This document shows, in pieces, positions 47,060-56,106 of a stretch of 64,000 bases of DNA (positions are counted from its first letter, which is position 1; each line of letters begins with the position of its first letter). The stretch is from Halobacteria archaeon. Lineage in GTDB: Archaea > Methanobacteriota_B > Thermococci > Methanofastidiosales > NM3. Both the position numbers and the translations under genes were made by a program. A model generated the notes under the pieces. It saw only the letters and a program-made list of their open reading frames with translations. It had not been told where the DNA came from and ran no database searches. The stretch covers positions 7,198 to 71,197 of the forward strand of contig DAINBB010000004.1 of the NCBI GenBank assembly GCA_036733165.1, written 5' to 3'.

Positions 47060-49112
47060 CCATATGATAGAGGACTACGACAGCATTGTCACTGGATTCA
47101 GGGGCTTCATCGACACTTACCCAGATGTGGCATATCCCAAATATAAGATGGCCATAGAGGAGATGTCACTGGAGGAAAAGAAAAGCTTGGAGATCGACTG
47201 CGACGACCTGATAGGTTATGACCAGGACCTCTATCTGAAGTTGGTAGAAGACCCCATGGGTGTCTTGCCCATAGTGGAGGAAATCCTGCATGACAACATG
47301 CCAAACGTGCCGGCTCACAGGCTCCATGTCCGTTTCCGCAATCTCGATGCAACGATGTGCAGGGGCATCAGGGACATAAGGGCGGACGACATGCACAAAC
47401 TGGTACAGATAACTGCCATTGTCGGCAGGGCCTCTGAAGTCAAACCAGAACTTACCGAGGCGGTCTTCGAATGTGAGAGATGCGGAGAGATCATCTTCAT
47501 CAGGCAGGATTCCAACGACTTCAAGAAACCGATTGCGTGTATCAATCCCACCTGCGGGAAGACGGGGCCTTTCAAGCTTTTGGAGGACCAGTCCACATTC
47601 ATTGACTGGCAGATGTTGAAGGTCCAGGAAAGACCTGAATCACTTAGGGGCGGACGAATGCCCCAACACATCAATTGCTTTGTTAGGGACGATATCGTGG
47701 ACAAGGCCCAGGCTGGTTCCAGGGTCACCCTCACCGGCATTCTCAAGACGGTCCAGGACAGTCAGTTCAGGGTAAAGAAGACAACATTCTCCAAGTATCT
47801 GGATGTTAATGCCATCGATGTGCTGGAGAAGGATGTTGACGATACGGTGATAACGGATGAAGATGAGCAGAACATCATAGAGCTCGCGAACGACTCAAAT
47901 GTGATACCTATGATAACCGGATCGATAGCTCCAGCGATATACGGTCTCAACGATGTCAAGGAGGCAATCGCACTCCAATTGTTCTCCGGTGTGGTCAGGG
48001 AGCTACCGGATGGTACCAGATTAAGGGGTGACTCGAACATATTGCTGGTGGGTGACCCAGGTGTGGCAAAATCGCAGATCCTCCAGTATGTGGCCAGACT
48101 CGCGCCGAGAAGCGTCTACACCTCCGGAAAGGGCACCTCAACCGCAGGTTTAACTGCCGCAGTTGTAAAAGACGAAACTACGGGGGGCTGGGCCTTAGAG
48201 GCTGGCGCATTGGTCCTCGCTGACGGTGGGATGGCCTGTATAGACGAGATTGACAAGATGAGCAATGACGACAGATCATCAGTTCACGAGGCGATGGAAC
48301 AGCAGACCATCAGCATTGCAAAGGCGGGTATTGTCGCCACGCTTAACGCAAGGTCCTCGATACTGGCCGCGGCAAATCCAAAGTTGGGAAGATTCGACAA
48401 TTATAAGGGTGAGTTGGAACAAATTGATCTTCCTCCCTCCCTGCTCTCAAGATTCGACCTCATCTTCATCATGAAGGACATCCCCAACAACACAGAGGAT
48501 GAGAGGATAGCGGCCCATATACTCAAATCACACAGGGGATTGAGCGAAAAGGTCATGCCCAAGATAGATTCAGAGATGATGGTGAAGTTCATATCCTATG
48601 CAAAAAAGAAGGTAGAACCCGAACTCAGCGACGAAGCCGAGAAAAAGCTACTAGAGTTCTATATCAACTTAAGGAGGAGAGGCCAGGAAAGTGGGGCCGT
48701 CCCGATAACTGCCAGACAGCTCGAGGCGCTCATACGTCTCTCCGAGGCAAGGGCGAGGATGAAGCTATCGGACATCGTGACGGAGGAGGATGCGGATGCC
48801 ACCATAGCCCTCTACACCAGCGTCATCGAGAAGGTGATGATAGACAAGGAATCCGGCGAGATGGATGTCGATATGCTTATGACGGGAAAATCATCATCAC
48901 AGAGACACAAGATGATAGCCGTATTTGAGATAATCCATAACATAGAGAAGAACTATGACGAGGGCGCCCCATTTGACGAGATCGTCAAGACCTCCAAGGA
49001 TAGGGGCATCAACAGGGAATTCGTAGTTCGCGCCGTTGAGGAACTGACAAGGAACGGCGAGATATTCGAACCGAGACCCGGGTACTTGAAGACCGTGCAA
49101 CTGAACTATTGA
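47052..49112 (+). CDS. mcm: Replicative helicase MCM
   Basis: Zn finger 'CERCGE...CINPTCGK', Walker A 'GDPGVAKSQ', Walker B 'CIDEIDKM', arginine finger 'SRFDLIF'. No intein. Confidence 0.95.
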   Translation: MCDHMIEDYDSIVTGFRGFIDTYPDVAYPKYKMAIEEMSLEEKKSLEIDCDDLIGYDQDLYLKLVEDPMGVLPIVEEILHDNMPNVPAHRLHVRFRNLDATMCRGIRDIRADDMHKLVQITAIVGRASEVKPELTEAVFECERCGEIIFIRQDSNDFKKPIACINPTCGKTGPFKLLEDQSTFIDWQMLKVQERPESLRGGRMPQHINCFVRDDIVDKAQAGSRVTLTGILKTVQDSQFRVKKTTFSKYLDVNAIDVLEKDVDDTVITDEDEQNIIELANDSNVIPMITGSIAPAIYGLNDVKEAIALQLFSGVVRELPDGTRLRGDSNILLVGDPGVAKSQILQYVARLAPRSVYTSGKGTSTAGLTAAVVKDETTGGWALEAGALVLADGGMACIDEIDKMSNDDRSSVHEAMEQQTISIAKAGIVATLNARSSILAAANPKLGRFDNYKGELEQIDLPPSLLSRFDLIFIMKDIPNNTEDERIAAHILKSHRGLSEKVMPKIDSEMMVKFISYAKKKVEPELSDEAEKKLLEFYINLRRRGQESGAVPITARQLEALIRLSEARARMKLSDIVTEEDADATIALYTSVIEKVMIDKESGEMDVDMLMTGKSSSQRHKMIAVFEIIHNIEKNYDEGAPFDEIVKTSKDRGINREFVVRAVEELTRNGEIFEPRPGYLKTVQLNY

Positions 49113-49708
49113 GATGAAATGGCCTTTCTAACAACATCGACAAAGGAATCGGGGCCCACGCCAGGGGATTCCACCCCCTCCCTTTCATAGAATCGTGATA
49201 TCCTATCATGCAACCGTGACAGTTCTGTGTTCCTAAGCTCATCCTCAAGTTCGAACAGTTTGTCCTCAGGATAAAAAAAGAAGTCACCCGTAAACTTCAC
49301 TGACCTTATCAGGTTGCCCTTGTGGATCACCCTTGCGCACAGGAGTCCCCCGGGGAACTTCTTCTCTGCATAATCATCATCCATCCTGTCAAGTTCCTTC
49401 TCCTTTCGGAACGGATGGCGTCTGACATTTCCGCAATGGAGACATGTGGTGGACACCATGCCGGACCTTGTCCTGACCCTTGACGTCCTTCCCGGGACCA
49501 GGGGGGTGTTGCATTTCTTGCAGAAGAGGCCCTTTTGTTCTGGAGCGAGCTTAACCTTGTGCTTGCGGATCATGTCCCTGGCTATCTGGACATATCGCCT
49601 GGACCTCTCCGGCCGCTCATCCAGATTGTCCAATGAAAGTTCAAGCATCCTCTCCACATGTCTTGATGCTATCCTCTTTCTCTGGTGCTTCACCCGCTTC
49701 CATTTCAT
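49106..49708 (-). CDS. rnp4: RNase P protein subunit Rpp21 (Rnp4) fused in frame to a lipoate-protein-ligase C-terminal-domain-like (LplB-like) domain
   Basis: N-terminal ~115 aa: 'KRIASRHVERMLELS...RRYVQIARDMIRKHKVKL' plus zinc ribbon 'CKKCNTPL...CLHCGN' = Rpr2/Rpp21. C-terminal ~85 aa: 'GGLLCARVIHKGNLIRSVKFTGDFFFYPEDKLFELEDEL' resembles the LplA C-terminal domain (GDFF motif). Confidence 0.6.
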   Translation of the reverse strand: MKWKRVKHQRKRIASRHVERMLELSLDNLDERPERSRRYVQIARDMIRKHKVKLAPEQKGLFCKKCNTPLVPGRTSRVRTRSGMVSTTCLHCGNVRRHPFRKEKELDRMDDDYAEKKFPGGLLCARVIHKGNLIRSVKFTGDFFFYPEDKLFELEDELRNTELSRLHDRISRFYEREGVESPGVGPDSFVDVVRKAISSQ

Positions 49709-49749
49709 ATGCGAAGAACATCGAACAAGAATAAAAATCTAATTGAGAT

Positions 49750-50361
49750 TCACAAGGAGTATATGACATGGTTCACCACAGACCACGCCATCAGTTCCTC
49801 ATCGAATATTGAATATCTTGGATAATCCATGTCTACACTGAAGTCCCCGTGGGGGAACCCGCCTATTATTATCACCGAATTGTCCGCAGGCCTGTATTGT
49901 CCGCCCTGAAAATGCATTAGCTTCACGTCCATTCCCTCAGAGATGTCGTCAATCAGATCTGTCAGCCCCATTTCCTTGATCTTCAGGAGCACTGTTTCCT
50001 CATGGCATATCTTTCCGGTCTCAAAGAGCTTCTCCATCAGCCCGACGAATCTGTTGTAGGAACGTGGAACCCTCCATTCCGGAGACATCTCTATCACCTG
50101 GTCGTTCCTGGTGTGGATATAGAACTCAAGCCCCCCCGTCTTGTTCAATGGGGACTCCAGGGCATTTAGAAGGGATACGTGAACAATGTCCGGCCTTCCC
50201 CTGCGATAGGCATCATCAAGGCCCTTCATGGCGGAGTGGTGGAAATTGCTGTCAAGGAGCACAACGTCCTTGTCGCCAAATGCATTTCTGAACTGGCGTC
50301 GGCGCCTTATCTCCTCCGGGACAGGTTCAAGCTCGCTTTCGGCAAGGACTATCTTCAACAT
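49750..50361 (-). CDS. nep1: Ribosomal RNA small-subunit methyltransferase Nep1 (Emg1, SPOUT)
   Basis: 'GRPDIVHVSLLNALESPLNKTGGLEFYIHTRNDQVIEMSPEWRVPRSYNRFVGLMEKL'. Confidence 0.85.
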   Translation of the reverse strand: MLKIVLAESELEPVPEEIRRRRQFRNAFGDKDVVLLDSNFHHSAMKGLDDAYRRGRPDIVHVSLLNALESPLNKTGGLEFYIHTRNDQVIEMSPEWRVPRSYNRFVGLMEKLFETGKICHEETVLLKIKEMGLTDLIDDISEGMDVKLMHFQGGQYRPADNSVIIIGGFPHGDFSVDMDYPRYSIFDEELMAWSVVNHVIYSL

Positions 50362-50426
50362 CCCTCTATGATGATTGATAAAAGATATAAATCTTTTTAG
50401 TTATTATATATGATATAGGACAATAG

Positions 50427-50648
50427 GTGATAGAGATGAAGATAAAGACATTGATGGGAAAAAAGGTATATGATTCGGATGCAATATCTATCGGTAAGAT
50501 CACCGATGCCGAATTCAACGAGGACACTTACCAGATCGTGGCCGTGGAAGTTAGCCAAGGCATCATGAAGAAGCATAAGGTCGAGGTCGAGAAGATCGAC
50601 AAATTGGGAGACTCCGTCATACTCAATGTCAAGTTACTGGACCTCTGA
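50427..50648 (+). CDS. PRC-barrel domain protein
   Basis: 73 aa: 'GKKVYDSDAISIGKITDAEFNEDTYQIVAVEV'. Confidence 0.55.
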   Translation: MIEMKIKTLMGKKVYDSDAISIGKITDAEFNEDTYQIVAVEVSQGIMKKHKVEVEKIDKLGDSVILNVKLLDL

Positions 50649-51198
50649 CCAGGGATATCTTGTATATGCACCATTCCCAGTATTCGGGTCCATAGTTCTC
50701 AGAGATAAAATCGATGTTCGTGTCATCGATAAGCAGCCTTGAGGGTCCGCCGGATTCGGCGTTGTTGGAGAAGTTTATATCCAGTTCCTCGTTCCCGTAC
50801 ATCACAGCGAGCAGGAAGGAGTCCTTGTACTCTATGATGTTCGAAAGAGGTATCGAGACCGTCTTGCCCTGTATATTGGTGAAGACAACGTTTATCGAAT
50901 ATATATCCTCCTCGTCCGAGATATCGGATATGTCTGACATATAATCAATGAAGTCATAGACACGAAGGGTGGAGTACTTCTTTGTGGCGGTTAACCAGAC
51001 ATCGTAGATGGACTTCTCGGCAAGACCGCAATTCGTGGCAATCTCGGACACGGATATCCTTTGGGAGGTTCCGTCGATGTCGACGAATATGATGTCGTTG
51101 GGCGTCTCGCCATCCGGAGCATAGCGTAGCGAGAAAAGCCCTACGGCCCCCAGTATCACCACTATCACCATCAAGGGGTACAACAGCTGCAACCTCAT
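50629..51198 (-). CDS. Hypothetical secreted / membrane-anchored protein
   Basis: N-terminal TM/signal 'LYPLMVIVVILGAVGLF'. Acidic repeats 'DISDISDEED'. Confidence 0.4.
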   Translation of the reverse strand: MRLQLLYPLMVIVVILGAVGLFSLRYAPDGETPNDIIFVDIDGTSQRISVSEIATNCGLAEKSIYDVWLTATKKYSTLRVYDFIDYMSDISDISDEEDIYSINVVFTNIQGKTVSIPLSNIIEYKDSFLLAVMYGNEELDINFSNNAESGGPSRLLIDDTNIDFISENYGPEYWEWCIYKISLVRGPVT

Positions 51199-51277
51199 AA
51201 TCTCACCAAATCTAGCAATTGCCCAAAGCCAATATTGAACTCACACGTTATAAAACTTCTTCAAATAATCTCCACTA

Positions 51278-51892
51278 TCATGACAAGATAACGCACAGGG
51301 AATCGAATATTATGGATGTCGTCCAATGCAGGAGGAATGACGGAAGTATGCTCTTCGAGTCCCAATCAATGTATCCAAACGCCAAGCCCGCGAAAAACGA
51401 GTAGTATACCTCTGTCATCGGTTTTCCGATATGCACCAACGCATAGGGTACGGCCTGGACCAGTATGGACCACCTGCCCAGGTCCCTGAGACCAAATGTC
51501 ATGAAACCTCTATAGAAGAACTCTGTCGACAGCATCAGTACGCCGACCATCAGTTCCCATCTTACGAAGTCCAAAGCGCTGTTGTAGTAGAACCTTGGAT
51601 AATAGTTCTGGTACTCCGACATGGAGGCCCCTATGAGCATGAACGGAACGGCGGCGAGGAAAAGGATGATGAAGTACTTTCTCAGTTTTCGTTTGTCCCC
51701 CAGAGACAGCCCATAATCCCGGGGGTCCTTCCTTATCGCCATGAGGACGATCGCCGGCAAGGCCAGATAGAAGATCGCCTCCTTCCATATGAACTCCTGA
51801 AAACCATGGGTCCTGTAGGACCTGTTGATAACTATTATGGCCAGGGAGGCAAAAAGAAAGAACAAGATACCGGCCAGGCGCTTCCTCTGCAT
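51278..51892 (-). CDS. CPBP-family intramembrane metalloprotease (CAAX protease/Abi domain)
   Basis: 'STEFFYRGFM' (EExxxR motif) and 'ALVHIGKP' ... 'FLLHWTTS' His motifs in TM helices. Confidence 0.7.
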   Translation of the reverse strand: MQRKRLAGILFFLFASLAIIVINRSYRTHGFQEFIWKEAIFYLALPAIVLMAIRKDPRDYGLSLGDKRKLRKYFIILFLAAVPFMLIGASMSEYQNYYPRFYYNSALDFVRWELMVGVLMLSTEFFYRGFMTFGLRDLGRWSILVQAVPYALVHIGKPMTEVYYSFFAGLAFGYIDWDSKSILPSFLLHWTTSIIFDSLCVILS

Positions 51893-52101
51893 GAAAAGTA
51901 ATTGTCGGTCCCAATTTAAAGATATTGTGTGATTTAGCTAAAAAATAGAAAAAACTGTCTGATTTGATTTTATAAAAGAAATTATTATTTTTATTATATT
52001 ATAATATATTTTATATATAACAATAATAAAATAATATATATTAATTATATCATTTGATAATAAAAAGGTTTTAATAGGTTATATCACATTATTTTTTAAT
52101 A

Positions 52102-52854
52102 ATGGTCAAGGACGATTACGAAAAGGGATTCGTTGATAAGATACTCGGTGACATCTTTTACACAACAACGCAAAATATAAGGGAAGAGATCTCAAACAAG
52201 GTTCCGGTAGATAGTGAAACCAAGATTTTAGTGGTTGCCTGCAGGACTGGAGAGACCGTATTCTATTTTGCAAAAGAATTCGACTGCAAGGTGATCGGAG
52301 TCGACCTTTTCGATGAGAACATAAAGGAAGCAGAGAAGATAGCCAGAAGGGAGAAACTCACAAAAAAGGCCTCTTTCATAAAGGGACATGCGATGAGACT
52401 GCCACTGGAAGATGACAGCTTCGACCTGGTCATATTTGAAAGGTCACTCTCCTGTTATGATGATAAGTCGTCCGAGATCGAGGAATGCGTCAGGGTGCTG
52501 GCCCGCGGAGGCACATTCGTGATGGCCGACTTCACCGTTGACCAGATTGAAGAGGATGAGAGGGAGGACCTCAAGGAACTCACATGCCTTGTATCCGCCC
52601 TGTCGATGCAAGGGTATCTTGAACTCCTGTCCAAAAGCGACCTCAGGGCCTATGGCGAGGTGAAGGAGGACATAGCCGAGAGGAATACTAGGCTCTTGAT
52701 ACAGAAATGGAAGAAGATAAGGCTTTTCTCAAACATATTTCTGAAGGCCTCGTCGGCAGATGCCGGCAGGTTCGAGACCCTGATGAGAAAGGGTGAGATG
52801 ATAATCAAGGAAAAAAGGCTTGGATATGCACTCTTCATCGGCGTAAAGGACTAA
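52102..52854 (+). CDS. Class I SAM-dependent methyltransferase
   Basis: Motif I 'ILVVACRTGE', 'VIGVDLFDENI', 'FDLVIFERSL'. Confidence 0.8.
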   Translation: MVKDDYEKGFVDKILGDIFYTTTQNIREEISNKVPVDSETKILVVACRTGETVFYFAKEFDCKVIGVDLFDENIKEAEKIARREKLTKKASFIKGHAMRLPLEDDSFDLVIFERSLSCYDDKSSEIEECVRVLARGGTFVMADFTVDQIEEDEREDLKELTCLVSALSMQGYLELLSKSDLRAYGEVKEDIAERNTRLLIQKWKKIRLFSNIFLKASSADAGRFETLMRKGEMIIKEKRLGYALFIGVKD

Positions 52855-53900
52855 AGAATCTCCTTGTCCACCAAAATCCTGTTGTGTGTCGGATATTCCT
52901 TTATTATCGAAAATATTATCTGAGGGTCATCGACCATCTCTTTCAGTTCTTCGACAGCGCTCCATGTCGTCATTATGGAAGTGCCCCGGACCTCGTACAT
53001 CCCAGTGTCGTCCTCGAAGTTGTCATTGATGATGTTGATGACCATTTCCAGGCCGGAGTGAGTCCCCGCCTCTATGAGCCCTGTGACAAGCAATCCGTCC
53101 TCATCGATGTCCTGATACCTTGTTCTAACGTTCCCGGCCCTTCTCTTCAATCGTTCCCTGAGCTGTATGCCGTCCTTGAATCTCGACGAGCAGTAGTGCA
53201 CCGAGAGGTCCATATCCCTTGTGGACTCGACTATCTCCAAGGCAAGCTCCTCGCTCCCGATGACGGCATTTGAGTCTCCCGAGAACTCGAATCCCCTCGA
53301 CCTCAGCGCTTCCATGTTCGTATCCGAATACTCAAGCTCGTTGAGATTTATGAAGGCAGCCCCTACATTCTCCAGATGCTTGCAGAATCTCAATATATTC
53401 TCCTTCTCGCCCGGGATCACAGGTATCTCTGCCCCCACATCGATATCGAAGGATAGGGCGAGGCCTATCTTGTCCCAGTCTTCCTCCTTGGGATGGAAAC
53501 GTATCTCGTCCACCACGTTCTCCAGATAACCCAGGATCGTCCTATCTATAAGATTTCCAGGAGTGTAGAGATGTATGTGATGGCCGTCACCGAAGGTCTT
53601 CTTGAGCAGGCTTGCGTACTTGATGGTGTCATCGGCGAACATTATTGGATCGCCGCCCGTGATGCCGGTGCCCAGGGCATCCATCTTCCTGGCCTCGTCG
53701 ACGACATCCTCATCGGATGCCACAGGTCTTTCGTTCGCCCAGGTCTGCCACTGCCCCTTCCTCTTGGTGGACAGTGGGCAGTAATAGCAGTTGCTGAGAC
53801 ATACGCCGTTGATGAACAGCACCATCTTGGCCCCTTGGGCGCATAGCTCGCATCCTTTTGGTATCTTGCCGTGGAACGTGTCTTTCGGGAAAGGGTCCAT
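52851..53900 (-). CDS. Radical SAM protein
   Basis: 'GVCLSNCYYC' (Cx3Cx2C) preceded by a CxxC pair ('CELCAQG'). TIM-barrel-length body. Subfamily not assigned. Confidence 0.75.
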   Translation of the reverse strand: MDPFPKDTFHGKIPKGCELCAQGAKMVLFINGVCLSNCYYCPLSTKRKGQWQTWANERPVASDEDVVDEARKMDALGTGITGGDPIMFADDTIKYASLLKKTFGDGHHIHLYTPGNLIDRTILGYLENVVDEIRFHPKEEDWDKIGLALSFDIDVGAEIPVIPGEKENILRFCKHLENVGAAFINLNELEYSDTNMEALRSRGFEFSGDSNAVIGSEELALEIVESTRDMDLSVHYCSSRFKDGIQLRERLKRRAGNVRTRYQDIDEDGLLVTGLIEAGTHSGLEMVINIINDNFEDDTGMYEVRGTSIMTTWSAVEELKEMVDDPQIIFSIIKEYPTHNRILVDKEIL

Positions 53901-53954
53901 GGAACATGGTCACCAAAAAGCTTTAAATACGTTTTCTATATTTGAATAAGCTGT

Positions 53955-54028
53955 GCCCTCGTAGTCTAGCTGGATATGACGTCAGCCTGCGGAGCTGAAG
54001 ATCCCGAGTTCGAATCTCGGCGGGGGCG
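53955..54028 (+). tRNA. tRNA-Arg (anticodon GCG)
   Basis: GCCCTCG acceptor stem, D loop with GG, anticodon stem TCAGC/GCTGA with loop CUGCGGA, T arm CCGAG-TTCGAAT-CTCGG, discriminator G. CCA is encoded (to 54031). Confidence 0.85.
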
Positions 54029-54091
54029 CCATGATTCTTTATACTCCCGTTTAGGGCATATCGTTTATAATTATAAAAAAATACAAAGACA

Positions 54092-54724
54092 TCAGATGAG
54101 CTCTGACATCTCGATTAACTTTTCTAATATAAAAACAGGATCGAAATCGGTCAAGCTTTTGTATGACATTATGACTAGAACATCTTTCTTAGCAAAACGC
54201 ATTTCGATATATGTATAAGATTCCTCTTTTTCGTATCTGGATACTCCAACGTAATACTCAGTTTCATAGCTCGTTGCTTCGGTCCCGGAAGCTGGAACAA
54301 AGGTCCATCCATCACCAAAGGAGAAGTTCTCTTCGATGACATCCAAGGGGTATCTCATTACCAATTGAGTTAAAGTTTCCAACGGTTCGCCATTTTCATC
54401 AGGATGCCAAAATATCGCACACACGTAATCGGAAGGTTCTGGAAGGCCAGAATAATCTGTGAAATCCAAAGGAGTTTTAACGGAAATGAACGTCCAGCCA
54501 TCGTTTGTAGTATAACCTTGAACACTAACAAACTCCCAGCCATCTGCAGGTTTCTCGATGAGAATTGTTTCCATCCACCCAGGTAGCTCATCTTCGGTAA
54601 AGAGAAGATCTTCCAAAGTACCATCGTATAACTCAGCCTCATTGCCACCTATGTTGCCCACGACTGTAATTGACAACAATAGAACTCCAAGTACGGCTAA
54701 GAGACCATATCTTAATTTGGTCAT
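54092..54724 (-). CDS. Hypothetical secreted protein
   Basis: Signal peptide 'MTKLRYGLLAVLGVLLLSITVVG'. Acidic, aromatic-rich body. Lower GC than its flanks. Confidence 0.45.
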   Translation of the reverse strand: MTKLRYGLLAVLGVLLLSITVVGNIGGNEAELYDGTLEDLLFTEDELPGWMETILIEKPADGWEFVSVQGYTTNDGWTFISVKTPLDFTDYSGLPEPSDYVCAIFWHPDENGEPLETLTQLVMRYPLDVIEENFSFGDGWTFVPASGTEATSYETEYYVGVSRYEKEESYTYIEMRFAKKDVLVIMSYKSLTDFDPVFILEKLIEMSELI

Positions 54725-54845
54725 GATATGAAATAGAACTAACAAAATAAATAAATTGTCCCGATTTGGTATTATAATGATGGATTTCTTAGATCTACAG
54801 CCAATCAAGTTACTGGAAGGTGCTTACGCTAGAATTTGATTATAT

Positions 54846-55430
54846 CTATCGAACTGCACCATTCTTGAAGTTGTCGAACCAGTGATCCAATTCTTCATCG
54901 CTATCGGCCTTTAAAATTTTGAAAATCTCATAGGCGAATTCTACAGCTGCTGTTTCATTTGCAGTGACAAACCCGCCATCAACAACCACTTGTGCTTGAA
55001 CATATAGAGAACGTCCATTGTAGCCTTTTTGATTTTGAAACAGTTCCAGACTGTCACCCGTATGTTTTACATGATCAAGAAAACCATGCTTACACAAAAA
55101 GGTTGATGCACCACATATCGCTGCAATGGGAATATCTGATTGTATAGCCGTATGGATAAACTCAGCAATCTCATCATAGTCATTCTCTTCCCAAGAAAGA
55201 CCTCCTGGCAGAATGACAATCGCCACATTGTCTAAATCCTGATAATTATCTATGCAATGATCAACGCTTGCTTTGATGCCGCCCATTGATATCTTAGGGC
55301 AAGTGTCAATCGCGATGGTCTCCACCACATAGTCGGTATAAGAGTTGGTTGCTGCAATAACATAACTTGCCTCCCAGTCACACCAACGGTCAGTTAAAAA
55401 CAGGAGTATCTTATTTTTAGTCCCTTTCAT
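54846..55430 (-). CDS. DJ-1/PfpI-family protein (class I glutamine amidotransferase-like)
   Basis: 'IAAICGASTFL' nucleophile-elbow Cys, 'VILPGG'. Confidence 0.8.
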   Translation of the reverse strand: MKGTKNKILLFLTDRWCDWEASYVIAATNSYTDYVVETIAIDTCPKISMGGIKASVDHCIDNYQDLDNVAIVILPGGLSWEENDYDEIAEFIHTAIQSDIPIAAICGASTFLCKHGFLDHVKHTGDSLELFQNQKGYNGRSLYVQAQVVVDGGFVTANETAAVEFAYEIFKILKADSDEELDHWFDNFKNGAVR

Positions 55431-55804
55431 TACCAACACATCTCTAATACAAATAATCCAAAGTTCAGGTTCCAATATTTCGTTTTATTTCGATATATAT
55501 GTTATGCCACATATACCGTTTCATCACTATAAATATCATATTGCTAAGTTCCTTCAAGGCGCGTAAATTCCATCTGTATGCATTTCTTTGCCGTTTCAGA
55601 CCCTCATCGTTCCGTATCTCCAACTCAGGATCTCCTGTGCCGCAATGGCCAACATCGGCGATGTTCATTTCAATCTTGGAAACGGAGGACAATTTCTTGG
55701 TATTAATCTTGAACATGGCATCCAATATACTATCATCAATATATGAAACAACAGTGTCTCAAAAAAAAGAGAAAAATAAAAAAATTAAGGATATGGACAG
55801 ATCA

Positions 55805-55999
55805 TCATTTCAGGTGTATCTTACCCACTTCGTCCAAATGGAATATCTTTGAACATTCGAAGCATTCCAAGGCATACCCAATGTTCTGACCTGGTGATAA
55901 CGGACCGTGCTTGAAAAGAACGTACACGTCCCCTTCGCAGAACGGACACTTTACATCATCCTTAACATTAGCTAAATTGTATCTTTCAGCGTCTACCAA
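55805..55999 (-). CDS. Small zinc-ribbon protein, hypothetical
   Basis: 64 aa with 'CPFCEG ... CFECSK'. Confidence 0.3.
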   Translation of the reverse strand: MVDAERYNLANVKDDVKCPFCEGDVYVLFKHGPLSPGQNIGYALECFECSKIFHLDEVGKIHLK

Positions 56000-56106
56000 T
56001 GTTATTTTTATCCACCTCCATGCAAAAAGCTTGCACTACAATTTGTGAATACTAATTAAAATAATTTATTGTATAATCGATGGAAAATAAGAATAAAAAC
56101 AGAAAA

